Of a DNA stretch of 64,000 bases, positions 31,045-40,104 are shown in pieces. Under the pieces are notes generated by a model that saw nothing but the letters and a program-made list of their open reading frames with translations, had not been told where the DNA came from and made no database searches. The position numbers and the translations under genes were made by a program. Source of the stretch: Faecalimonas sp. (GTDB taxonomy: Bacteria > Bacillota > Clostridia > Lachnospirales > Lachnospiraceae); assembly GCA_045649385.1 (NCBI GenBank), contig JAZRPT010000071.1:7160-71159 (forward strand). The letters are read 5' to 3'. The first letter of the stretch is position 1; every line of letters begins with the position of its first letter.

Positions 31045-31860
31045 TTACGGAATGAAACGACAATAGGCTCTATCGTCGAAACTCACATTTCCTTTTTGTA
31101 ATCCTTTTGTAGAAGGATGTAAGTGAAAACATAATGGATCATTTTTAAGAATGTTCTCAAGCGATTTCTCGCATTGGTTTAAATTCTCTTTTAGTACAGG
31201 ATATCCATCACTAGCAAGTGTAATCATATCTCCTTTTGAAACAGGATATCGTTTAATCATGGATTTTTCAACACCCATTCCGTTTAGTACGGGGTATCCC
31301 CAATAACCGAGTTTGTTCTCGAATGCAAATTGTAGGATTAGATTTTGTTGAATTGAGTTTCTTCCTAAATCATTTTCTTTCAATTCTTCCAATGTTTTGC
31401 CTTGTGATAGATGATATTCTATATTGAGAGCTCGAATCTTTGCATTTAATTTATCTATTTTTTTGGTATGCTTATGGACGGTATTGTTGATTCTACATTG
31501 ACAATCGCCATATGACCATATTTCCTTATAATAGTTGTTATAAATAATAATAGATGCTCTCGGATAGTCGGCGCAGGTAAGGCGTTCTAGGTGTTTCTGT
31601 ATATTTGCATTCAAAAACAGATCAAGATTATCAAATAGTTCTTCGGAAGTTTGTGTGGCAATGTCTTTTTGCAAATAATCGACTAGGAGTTGTTTGGCAT
31701 AATACCCACTAGTCATTCCATCCCATGAATATGTGCCTTTTGCTGTAACACCGTCTATTACAGCAATTAGTTGTTGGCCAATTACTAAGCCATCTTCGCA
31801 TAAATTGGGAACATTGTGTTTTCCACATAAAAAGTGTTCTAATATTTTCATTTTACTCAC
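31045..31860 (-). CDS. PP2C/PPM-like phosphatase
   Basis: Ordered metal-binding motifs CEDG, AVIDGVT, YGDC, LASDGY and FDDR; start overlaps the upstream stop (GTGA); alternative ATG at 31851. Confidence 0.75.
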   Translation of the reverse strand: MSKMKILEHFLCGKHNVPNLCEDGLVIGQQLIAVIDGVTAKGTYSWDGMTSGYYAKQLLVDYLQKDIATQTSEELFDNLDLFLNANIQKHLERLTCADYPRASIIIYNNYYKEIWSYGDCQCRINNTVHKHTKKIDKLNAKIRALNIEYHLSQGKTLEELKENDLGRNSIQQNLILQFAFENKLGYWGYPVLNGMGVEKSMIKRYPVSKGDMITLASDGYPVLKENLNQCEKSLENILKNDPLCFHLHPSTKGLQKGNVSFDDRAYCRFIP

Positions 31861-33101
31861 ATGCTTTCTTTGAGATAATCTAATAACATTATAACAGAAG
31901 CGGAGGCAGATGGCATCATATGATATGCTTTTCCTTGGTGGATTATCTTGTTTGGTAAAATGGCCAGTTTTTGTAACTCGTTTTTAGATATCCATAAAAA
32001 TTTTGTGCCGTCTTCTAGTATTTCCCATTTTTTCTTGTTTTTTTTGTGTTCGATAGAGAAGTTTTCTTCTATTTTATCCTTCGACCATGTTGAGCGTAAG
32101 AAAAATAGAAACTGTGGCTTTCCGCCTTCTACCATATCGCGATATGCTGAAATTAAATGTTTTTCTATGGAGAATTCTTCTAATGCATTTTGAGGAATAT
32201 GTAATTCATTTTGGATTTCATGGAAAATCCCATTAATTAGTCCTTCTTTTGTGAAACAACCAGATGAATCCAAGGCATATTTGGTTTTTAAACTTGCGCC
32301 AATGCTGTTCCCATAGGTTCCTTTCCCAATCGACAACTGTTTGCTTCTTTTAACAAATACAATATAATTATCAGCAGACTCTATGAAACCATTAAAGCCA
32401 ATATGATTTGAAAGTTTTGATCTTTCTAAAGGATTTAGAAAAGGGCCAAATTCAAGTTTGTCTCTTAGCGTTAGTCCGTTGCTTAAAACGAAATCAATTG
32501 CACGATTCGTCACAAGGGAATCAAAATAGGTGGTTCGCGATGTATTGAGTGTAAATCTATTATTTTCATTTTTCCACCCATCAACTCGAATATTCAGTTG
32601 ATTATAAATATTTGACGTTGCATGGGCAGAGAATAATTCGTCATAATGTTCCTTTACAATATCTGGAAGGGTGTATAGGTTATTTGAATCATTAATCTCG
32701 ATAGTACAGTTTCGAAGTTTATATTCGCATATAACCGGAATGTCAACTTGGTCAGTTTCCCCTTTTTTTAATTTTTTCTTATTTATTTCTGCTGCACAAC
32801 TGTTGTCATATGTAATAACTGGTTCCACATATTTAGATGCTAATTTTTTGTAATCAGTGGTTAATTTTATTGAATCTTCCAGCTTGTTCATTAGCAATGT
32901 TTTAATGGCATTCGAAATTGTTTCGACAATTAAGACGATTACAATAGAAGTTAGAATTGTCCAGTCAATAAGCTCGATTTTGTTATTGTCGATTAAATGT
33001 GTTTTGATAAAAATTAGTAATATAATGATTGCAGCGATAAATGCGTTGATACCTCCACCTTTAACGATACTATATATGCGTTTACTTATCTTTTTTTTCA
33101 T
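31857..33101 (-). CDS. Membrane-anchored (2 TM) protein with a C-terminal NUDIX-like domain
   Basis: Two N-terminal hydrophobic helices; IVFVKRS...GTYGNSIGASL...GIFHEIQNELHI (degenerate Nudix box) and RDMVEGGKPQF; ATG at 33101 (ORF open from 33107). Confidence 0.65.
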   Translation of the reverse strand: MKKKISKRIYSIVKGGGINAFIAAIIILLIFIKTHLIDNNKIELIDWTILTSIVIVLIVETISNAIKTLLMNKLEDSIKLTTDYKKLASKYVEPVITYDNSCAAEINKKKLKKGETDQVDIPVICEYKLRNCTIEINDSNNLYTLPDIVKEHYDELFSAHATSNIYNQLNIRVDGWKNENNRFTLNTSRTTYFDSLVTNRAIDFVLSNGLTLRDKLEFGPFLNPLERSKLSNHIGFNGFIESADNYIVFVKRSKQLSIGKGTYGNSIGASLKTKYALDSSGCFTKEGLINGIFHEIQNELHIPQNALEEFSIEKHLISAYRDMVEGGKPQFLFFLRSTWSKDKIEENFSIEHKKNKKKWEILEDGTKFLWISKNELQKLAILPNKIIHQGKAYHMMPSASASVIMLLDYLKESM

Positions 33102-33200
33102 AAACAACCTTCTTTCGTATATGATTATTAATTTTACTGTATTCTATGACTAATTTCCACTACTTTATATAATTAGGTGTTTTTTCTTGCATATATAGAC

Positions 33201-33229
33201 TTGTGAAAAATTGTATTTTAGAGTATAAT
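33201..33229 (+). promoter_or_regulatory. sigma-A promoter of polysaccharide locus 2
   Basis: TTGTGA-17 nt-TATAAT. Confidence 0.6.
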
Positions 33230-33265
33230 TACTTAGTTAGAATAAACACACAGATAGGATAAGTT

Positions 33266-33976
33266 ATGAATCAAACAAGAGGGATTTACGCGCGTTACAT
33301 AAAAAGATTTTTAGATATTATTTGTTGTCTGGCAACGCTTGTTGTTTTTGGATGGCTATATATTTTGGTGGCTATTGCTGTAAGAGTGAAGCTTGGAAGT
33401 CCTGTAATCTTTTGTCAAGAACGACCGGGGAAGGATGGCAAGATTTTTAAAATGTACAAGTTTCGTAGTATGTCAGATGAAAGAGGAGAAGATGGAGAAT
33501 TCTTGCCGGACGAAGCAAGATTGGGCGAATTTGGAACGAGATTAAGAGGCAGTTCGTTGGACGAGATTCCAGAAGTGTTTAACATATTAAAAGGTGATAT
33601 GAGTATCATAGGGCCAAGGCCACAGTTAGTTCGCGACATGGTGTTTATGACTTCAGAACAGAAAAAAAGGCATTGTGTTAGACCGGGTCTGACTGGTTTA
33701 GCACAGGTTAACGGACGTAATGCAATTGATTGGGAGAACAAACTGAATTTTGATTTAGAGTATATTCAGAAGGTTACATTTTGGGGAGATATAAAGATTC
33801 TTCTTCGTACTGTTTGGGCTTTTATAAAAAAAGATGGAATTACAGAAGAAAATCATGTTACGGCAACGGACTATGGTGATTACTTGTTAGAACGTGGCAA
33901 GGTTAGCAAAGAAGAATATGATAAGAAGCAAAGAGAAGCAAAAGAGATACTTAGAAGTTTGAAGCAAGGAGAATGA
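33266..33976 (+). CDS. Second priming sugar phosphotransferase
   Basis: KRFLD, QERPG, KFRSM, SLDEIP and [10 protein letters not shown] motifs. Confidence 0.92.
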   Translation: MNQTRGIYARYIKRFLDIICCLATLVVFGWLYILVAIAVRVKLGSPVIFCQERPGKDGKIFKMYKFRSMSDERGEDGEFLPDEARLGEFGTRLRGSSLDEIPEVFNILKGDMSIIGPRPQLVRDMVFMTSEQKKRHCVRPGLTGLAQVNGRNAIDWENKLNFDLEYIQKVTFWGDIKILLRTVWAFIKKDGITEENHVTATDYGDYLLERGKVSKEEYDKKQREAKEILRSLKQGE

Positions 33977-33979
33977 TGA

Positions 33980-34879
33980 ATGGGAATTTCTTTTAAAACA
34001 GTTTATTTAAAAGAGAATCAAGGACATGGAAATGCCAGAAGATTGTCACTTGCTAATTGTTCAAACGCTTTAGTGGCATTGATGGATTCGGATGATATAT
34101 CGCTACCAAACCGCTTTGAAAAACAGCTAAAAATGTTCTCGAAGATGCCAAATGTAAGTATTGTGGGAGGCCAAATTACAGAGTTTATAGACGAGCCACA
34201 AAACATCACAGGAAAACGTCAAGTTCCTGAAAAAGATAGTGATATAAAAGAATACATGAAGAAGCGATGCCCAATGAATCAAGTATCTGTTATGTTTAAG
34301 AAGAAAGATATAGAAGATGCGGGTGGGTACATAGATTGGTATTGTGAAGAGGACTACTATTTATGGTTGCGTATGATGCAGAGCGGATTCTGTTTTGCAA
34401 ATGTGCCGGATGTTTTGGTTAATGTACGTGTTGGCGATGAGATGAGTGCGAGACGTGGTGGATGGAAGTACTTTTCCAGTGAAGCAAAGCTTCAAAAATA
34501 CATGTATGAAAATAAAATTATTACATTTACACAGTATTTGTATAACGTGGCGATCAGATTTGCCGGTGAAGTGGTAATTTCAGACAAACTTCGAACAAAG
34601 GTATTCCATATTATGCGGAATAAAAGTGATGTAAACAAAAATTTAGAGATGAAGGAAGAAGCAAACATCGATAAAAAACAATATCCACCATTTTCTGTGT
34701 CAATGTGTGTATATGGCGGGGATAAGTCAGAGTGGTTTGATACTGCGCTCGAAAGTGTTGTAAATCAAACTGTGAAACCGGACGAGATAGTACTTGTAGT
34801 GGATGGTCCAATACCAGATTCTATACAGAAAATTATTGATAAATATCATAATATATGTAACACAAATGAAGGGAAATAA
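33980..34879 (+). CDS. GT2 glycosyltransferase (AmsE-like), apparently circularly permuted
   Basis: Begins at NQGHGNARR...MDSDD; the normally N-terminal FSVSMCVY...NQTVKPDEIVLVVDGP block starts at aa 238. Confidence 0.85.
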   Translation: MGISFKTVYLKENQGHGNARRLSLANCSNALVALMDSDDISLPNRFEKQLKMFSKMPNVSIVGGQITEFIDEPQNITGKRQVPEKDSDIKEYMKKRCPMNQVSVMFKKKDIEDAGGYIDWYCEEDYYLWLRMMQSGFCFANVPDVLVNVRVGDEMSARRGGWKYFSSEAKLQKYMYENKIITFTQYLYNVAIRFAGEVVISDKLRTKVFHIMRNKSDVNKNLEMKEEANIDKKQYPPFSVSMCVYGGDKSEWFDTALESVVNQTVKPDEIVLVVDGPIPDSIQKIIDKYHNICNTNEGK

Positions 34880-34881
34880 CG

Positions 34882-35307
34882 ATGAGTCAAAAACCTTATA
34901 AAGTTGGGTATACAACTGGAGTATATGATATGTTCCATATTGGACATTTGAATTTGATTAAGCGTGCAAAGGAACAATGCGACTATTTAATTGTAGGTGT
35001 AACGACAGATGAATTGTGCATGAGCAGAAAAGGTAAAATGCCAATTATATGCGAAATGGATCGCATGGCGATTGTTGAGGCTATACAATATGTAGATAAA
35101 GTTGTCCCACAGAGCGATATGGACAAATTAAAGGCTGTGAAACAGTATGATGTGGATGCAGTTTTTGTTGGCAGTGATTGGAAGGGAACAGAATCTTGGA
35201 AACGTTATGAAGATGAATTTTCAACTGTGGGTTGCAAGGTTGTGTATTTGGATTATACGGATGGGATTTCTTCATCCATATTAAGGGAGCGTATGAATAA
35301 GTCATGA
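34882..35307 (+). CDS. Glycerol-3-phosphate cytidylyltransferase-like (TagD family)
   Basis: GVYDMFHIGH, VGSDW and YTDGISSS motifs. Confidence 0.88.
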   Translation: MSQKPYKVGYTTGVYDMFHIGHLNLIKRAKEQCDYLIVGVTTDELCMSRKGKMPIICEMDRMAIVEAIQYVDKVVPQSDMDKLKAVKQYDVDAVFVGSDWKGTESWKRYEDEFSTVGCKVVYLDYTDGISSSILRERMNKS

Positions 35308-36140
35308 TATTTGTGTATAAGAAATGGGATTTATTCTGCGAAGAGTTGGTACGAAAGAATAAATATAGTGTAACAGCAAGAGAAGTCCTAAAAGGAATAG
35401 CTTCCTCAACGTATGTTGTTTTGAAGCATGATGTAGAGACAGATGTTTCAAAGGCCTATAAAATGGCAGTGATTGAAAGGCAACATGGGCATAGAGGGAC
35501 ATATTATATACAGGCGTATCTCTTAGAAAACAAAGAAAACGTTAAAATGCTGCAAGAAATGCAATCTATGGGACACGAGATTTCTTACCACTATGATGTC
35601 ATGGACAGCAATAAAGGTGATATAGATAAGGCTATTGTAGAATTCGAGCAAAACAAGGAAACTTTTGAAAAAAATGGTTTTGTTGTGGAAACGGTTTGCC
35701 AACATGGAAATCCGGTTATTGAACGAATTGGTTACACCTCAAATCGTGATTTTTTTAGAAATGAAAAAGTTAGAGAGTTGTATTCGAATATTGCTGACAT
35801 TATGGTGGATTTTCCTGAGAAATCTGGAACAGAATATTCGTATTATTCGGATGCTGGTAGAGTGTTTAAAAAAATATATGACCCATTTACAAATGATATT
35901 GTAAACAGTGATGAAAAAAACATTGCTTATGATAATCTAGACGATTTGCTTAAAACGATAGCTATGAATGATAATTGTATAATAAGTGTTCATCCGCACA
36001 GATGGACGAGTTCTGCGATGGTATATATATTAAAAACTAGCATGTTTAAGTGTATTAAAAGAATTGCAAAGTTAATGATGAAGGTTCCAATTTTAAAGAG
36101 ATTAATGGGTAGATATTATTACTTGGCAAAAAAGATATAG
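35304..36140 (+). CDS. Polysaccharide deacetylase-like (NodB-fold) protein
   Basis: LKHDVE, GHEISYHY, CQHG and HPHRW motifs. Confidence 0.65.
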   Translation: MIFVYKKWDLFCEELVRKNKYSVTAREVLKGIASSTYVVLKHDVETDVSKAYKMAVIERQHGHRGTYYIQAYLLENKENVKMLQEMQSMGHEISYHYDVMDSNKGDIDKAIVEFEQNKETFEKNGFVVETVCQHGNPVIERIGYTSNRDFFRNEKVRELYSNIADIMVDFPEKSGTEYSYYSDAGRVFKKIYDPFTNDIVNSDEKNIAYDNLDDLLKTIAMNDNCIISVHPHRWTSSAMVYILKTSMFKCIKRIAKLMMKVPILKRLMGRYYYLAKKI

Positions 36141-36149
36141 GCGGTAATT

Positions 36150-36977
36150 ATGGAAAAGACACAAACTATTCGTGATGTACAAAACAAAATATTAGATATT
36201 ATGAAGTATATCGATCAGATTTGCAGGGAAAATGATATCACTTATTATATCATGGGAGGCACTGCCCTTGGTGCGGTACGTCATGGTGGTTTTATCCCTT
36301 GGGATGATGATTTGGATATTTTCATGACACCAGATCAATATGAACGATTTAAAAGAGTATTTGAAAATGAAAAGAGTGATAAATACGTTCTTCAAGAATG
36401 GAGAACGACACCACAATATTTGGAATATGCAAAAATTAGAATGAATGGAACTACATTTATTGAGCATGCGTTTGCAAAGAAAAAAGATATGCATCATGGA
36501 ATTTATGTAGATATCATGATTTTACACAAGGTGCCTGAGAATCGTTTGATACAAAAGTTGGTATATTTTGAATCGAAGTATGTTACATTTTTTGCACTTA
36601 CACAGCGTAACTGGGTGCCAAAAAATAAAAAGCAGAAAGTTGCAGTTAAATTATTAAAATTATTGCCTAATCAATTGTTGGCAAAAAAATGTTACAAAAG
36701 AATTTATAAATATGACGATTTAGATAAAAATTTTTGCTGGTGTTATTGGATAACAAAGGCGAGTTTTGCAAAAGGCTTATTTGAAGCAGAGAATTTTAAT
36801 GAGCCTGCAGATATTGTGTTTGAAGACACGGTCCTGAAAGGGCCTAATAACATAAAAGAATATTTGCGATTGAGATATGGGGATTATATGAAGGTTCCAT
36901 CATTAGAAGAACAGAAGATGGATATTCATGCGGAAATATTCGATACAGAGCGGGATTACAAAGAGTACATCTGTTAG
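36150..36977 (+). CDS. LicD family phosphotransferase
   Basis: GGTALGAVRHGGFIPWDDDLD and YGDYM motifs. Confidence 0.93.
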   Translation: MEKTQTIRDVQNKILDIMKYIDQICRENDITYYIMGGTALGAVRHGGFIPWDDDLDIFMTPDQYERFKRVFENEKSDKYVLQEWRTTPQYLEYAKIRMNGTTFIEHAFAKKKDMHHGIYVDIMILHKVPENRLIQKLVYFESKYVTFFALTQRNWVPKNKKQKVAVKLLKLLPNQLLAKKCYKRIYKYDDLDKNFCWCYWITKASFAKGLFEAENFNEPADIVFEDTVLKGPNNIKEYLRLRYGDYMKVPSLEEQKMDIHAEIFDTERDYKEYIC

Positions 36978-36988
36978 GAGCGTTAGGA

Positions 36989-37786
36989 ATGAGTAGAGTT
37001 GAGATTCTATGCACGACAATGGAACAGAGAGATTTTTCATTGATTGAAAAAATGAATATACAATGTAATGTTCTTTTCTCTAATCAAACAAATTGTGTAG
37101 GGTATGATGAAAAAGAATGTGGTGATTTTCATGCTAGAATGATATCTACTCAAACAAGAGGAGTTGGGAAGAACCGCAATATATCATTGATTTATGCGGA
37201 AGGAGACATTCTTCTGTTTGCTGATGATGATATGAAATATGTTGATGGTTATGCAAAGAACATAGAATCAGAATTCGAAAGATTTCCAGACGCTGATGTG
37301 ATTATTTTTAATATTATTTCGAATGATGGACAACGTAAACAGTTTACAAACAGGAAGTCAAAACGCATTCATAGATTTAGTAGGATTCCTTATGGAGCTC
37401 CGAGAATTGCAATTCGAAAAGAATCTTGGGAAAAGAGTAATGTTTGGTTTACGCCATTGTTTGGGGGAGGCGCAAAATACTCCAGTGGTGAAGATTCCGT
37501 TTTTTTGTGGGATGTTAGAAAAAAAGGTTTGCGAATCTATGTGAGCAGTCAGACCATTGGCGAAGTTGATATGCAAAATTCAACTTGGTTTGAGGGGTAT
37601 AATGAGCAATTCTTTTTTGATAAAGGTGCTTATTGTGGAGCAGTGCATTCGCATTCGCATTGGCTATGGAAAATTTATTATTGTATAAGAATCAAATCAA
37701 ATTTGAGCTTATTTAAAAAAATGAGAAGTTTTGAAAAAGGTGTTCGTGCTTATGTGTTAGGGAGAACATTTGAAGATGCAAAATAG
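36989..37786 (+). CDS. GT-A (GT2-like) glycosyltransferase
   Basis: RGVGKNRN, LFADDD and FGGGAKYSSGEDS motifs. Confidence 0.85.
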   Translation: MSRVEILCTTMEQRDFSLIEKMNIQCNVLFSNQTNCVGYDEKECGDFHARMISTQTRGVGKNRNISLIYAEGDILLFADDDMKYVDGYAKNIESEFERFPDADVIIFNIISNDGQRKQFTNRKSKRIHRFSRIPYGAPRIAIRKESWEKSNVWFTPLFGGGAKYSSGEDSVFLWDVRKKGLRIYVSSQTIGEVDMQNSTWFEGYNEQFFFDKGAYCGAVHSHSHWLWKIYYCIRIKSNLSLFKKMRSFEKGVRAYVLGRTFEDAK

Positions 37787-37817
37787 TATTAAGGAGAAAG
37801 AATAGGTATACAAGTAT

Positions 37818-39041
37818 ATGAAATTGAAGTTAAAGATTTCGTATAGTGTATGTATTATTTTATTGAGTGTTCTAAGTATTACGAGAATATATAGAAATTC
37901 TTTGGGATACGAAAATGAAGGTAGCGGTGGCATTTGGAATATTATTTCATTGGTATTTGTAGGGCTTGCCATCCTAGCATTTTTTGGTGTTTTAAAGCGT
38001 AGATATAAGTTTCCAAGTTCCATTTTGTGTGGACTGGCTTGTGGCTTGTTAGCTCAATTTCATTCACTATACTTTATTGAAAAAATTAATATAACGACTC
38101 TATATAACTTTTTAATGATAGGATACTTTGCGTCCGTGTTAATCGTCTTTTTTGTTGCAGGACAAGAAGAATTAAGTACAGTCGAAAGAGTATTTGCATT
38201 AGTAATGTTTACACTGGTAATGGTCATGTCGTTTGTGAGTGTTTTTTGGTTTAAATCGGGTAGATTGGAATACTCCATGGTGTCCAATGCTTATTATGCA
38301 TTATGTTTGTTACCATTTGTACTAATGCTATGCAAGAATAAAATTATTCAGACTGTATGTTACATTGTAGTTGGAGTTATTGTTATATTTTCTGAGAAGA
38401 GAACCGGTTTGATTGCCTTTGGCTTTTTTGTTTTTATAGTCATATTTGGAAATGCATTATATCAGCGAAAAACACTTGGGTTAGTCAAAAAGATTGTTGT
38501 TATGGGGGTGGCGGTTTTTGCTTTCAGTTTAATATATTCAAAACTCGAAATTGCTTATGATTTGGGCCTCATGGAAAGAATGGCTAATCTTGCGGAGGAT
38601 GAAGGTAGTGGTAGGCTTGATATCTATAGACAAATATGGGGTGCTATGGAAGAAGCAAATCTGTTTGAGTGGATATTCGGGCATGGTCATGCGAGTTCCG
38701 CTGGAGTAATTTTACATCATGATACAGCTCATAACGATTTTTTAGAGATTTTATATAATTATGGTTTAGCACCGACAATTCTGCTTGTTATGTTTTATGG
38801 TGCATTGTTGGTCGAAGCATACAAGATGATAAGAACCAAGTACCAAAAGGCGCATATTTTCTTGGGTGGTGTAATTATTTCTTTTATATTATCCATGTTT
38901 TCTACGTATTGTGTATCTTTCGCATACGTTAGTTGTGGAATGGCTTTTTTGGGATTTGTACTCGGTCAATGGAAGGTATATTTAAGTGGCAGGAGAGAAA
39001 TACATGAAATCAATCACGGCAACAACGCATCGTGCGATTAA
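37818..39041 (+). CDS. O-antigen ligase/polymerase (Wzy_C) family protein
   Basis: Polytopic; SEKRTG, SGRLDIY, IFGHG and AHNDFLEILYNYG motifs. Confidence 0.85.
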   Translation: MKLKLKISYSVCIILLSVLSITRIYRNSLGYENEGSGGIWNIISLVFVGLAILAFFGVLKRRYKFPSSILCGLACGLLAQFHSLYFIEKINITTLYNFLMIGYFASVLIVFFVAGQEELSTVERVFALVMFTLVMVMSFVSVFWFKSGRLEYSMVSNAYYALCLLPFVLMLCKNKIIQTVCYIVVGVIVIFSEKRTGLIAFGFFVFIVIFGNALYQRKTLGLVKKIVVMGVAVFAFSLIYSKLEIAYDLGLMERMANLAEDEGSGRLDIYRQIWGAMEEANLFEWIFGHGHASSAGVILHHDTAHNDFLEILYNYGLAPTILLVMFYGALLVEAYKMIRTKYQKAHIFLGGVIISFILSMFSTYCVSFAYVSCGMAFLGFVLGQWKVYLSGRREIHEINHGNNASCD

Positions 39042-40104
39042 TTACGGCGCAGTTCTTCAGAGTTTTGCCCTTCATGATGCACAAAAAAAATTGGGGATTG
39101 ATAATGAATTATTAGATTATCCGAAGAGAGAAAATTTATATGAAAAAATTTTAACGCCTTTCTCAAAAAGGACGATTATTTCAGTAATTATGAATAGCCT
39201 TCATTTTTTTCATGGCAGAAGGTCAAAACGGCTGTTGAGAAGATTTCATCAGTTTGTAGAAGAAAATATTCAACACACAGATGTCTGCTATGATATGAAG
39301 AAATTAGAAGATAATTACCCGCACGCAGATTTTTACATAAATGGAAGCGACCAAGTTTTTGGGTTACGTGGTGAATATGACAAAATGCGCATGTTGAGAT
39401 TTGGACCAGGAACACTGAAACGTTATAGTTATGCTGCAAGCTTAGGGGAATATGATTGGAACCAAGAGGAAAAAAAGGTTTTTGCATCAGTTCTTGAGCA
39501 ATATTCTATGATTTCAGTGAGAGAGAAGTATGCAAAGGAATATATAGAAAGTTTTGCGAATGTTCAATGCGAGATTCATATGGACCCTGTGTTTTTGGTG
39601 ACAAAAGATAAATGGGAGAGTCTGGCGGCAGAACCGATAACGGATGAACCATATATTTTATGTTATCCATTAATTGGTAATGATAATATACAAAAGGTTC
39701 TTAATAAATTAAAAGAATTGACAGGATTAAAAATCATTTGTGTGCAGACTTTTCCAGCGAAACGAATAAAGGCTGACGAATATGTTTTTGATGCAGGTCC
39801 TAAAGAGTTTTTAAGTTTGTTTAAACATGCAAGTTATGTAGTGACTACTTCATTCCACGGCACGGCTTTTTCTTTGATTTTCGAAAAGAATTTTTATACT
39901 CTAATTAAGAATTATAAATCGCAGCGAATGACGGATTTACTAGAACTAGTCGGTCTGTCAGATAGAATATATTCTGAAGATATAGAAGTTGGTTTAAAGC
40001 CTATAGACTTTGCAAATTGCAGGAATGTCATAAATTTCGAAAGAGAACGTGGTATCGCCTATCTGCAAAGTATAAAAGATGATGTAACTACGAGGAACAT
40101 ATAA
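39004..40104 (+). CDS. Polysaccharide pyruvyl transferase family protein
   Basis: NYGAVLQSFAL, GSDQVF, SVRE, DPVFL and TSFHG motifs; ORF open from 38986. Confidence 0.9.
   Translation: MKSITATTHRAINYGAVLQSFALHDAQKKLGIDNELLDYPKRENLYEKILTPFSKRTIISVIMNSLHFFHGRRSKRLLRRFHQFVEENIQHTDVCYDMKKLEDNYPHADFYINGSDQVFGLRGEYDKMRMLRFGPGTLKRYSYAASLGEYDWNQEEKKVFASVLEQYSMISVREKYAKEYIESFANVQCEIHMDPVFLVTKDKWESLAAEPITDEPYILCYPLIGNDNIQKVLNKLKELTGLKIICVQTFPAKRIKADEYVFDAGPKEFLSLFKHASYVVTTSFHGTAFSLIFEKNFYTLIKNYKSQRMTDLLELVGLSDRIYSEDIEVGLKPIDFANCRNVINFERERGIAYLQSIKDDVTTRNI

Noticed and set aside
31045-33101. Invertible phase-variable segment or CBASS operon
   Set aside because: No flanking inverted repeats or recombinase were seen, and no CD-NTase is adjacent. 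The neighbouring nucleotidyltransferase is of a different family and is convergent.
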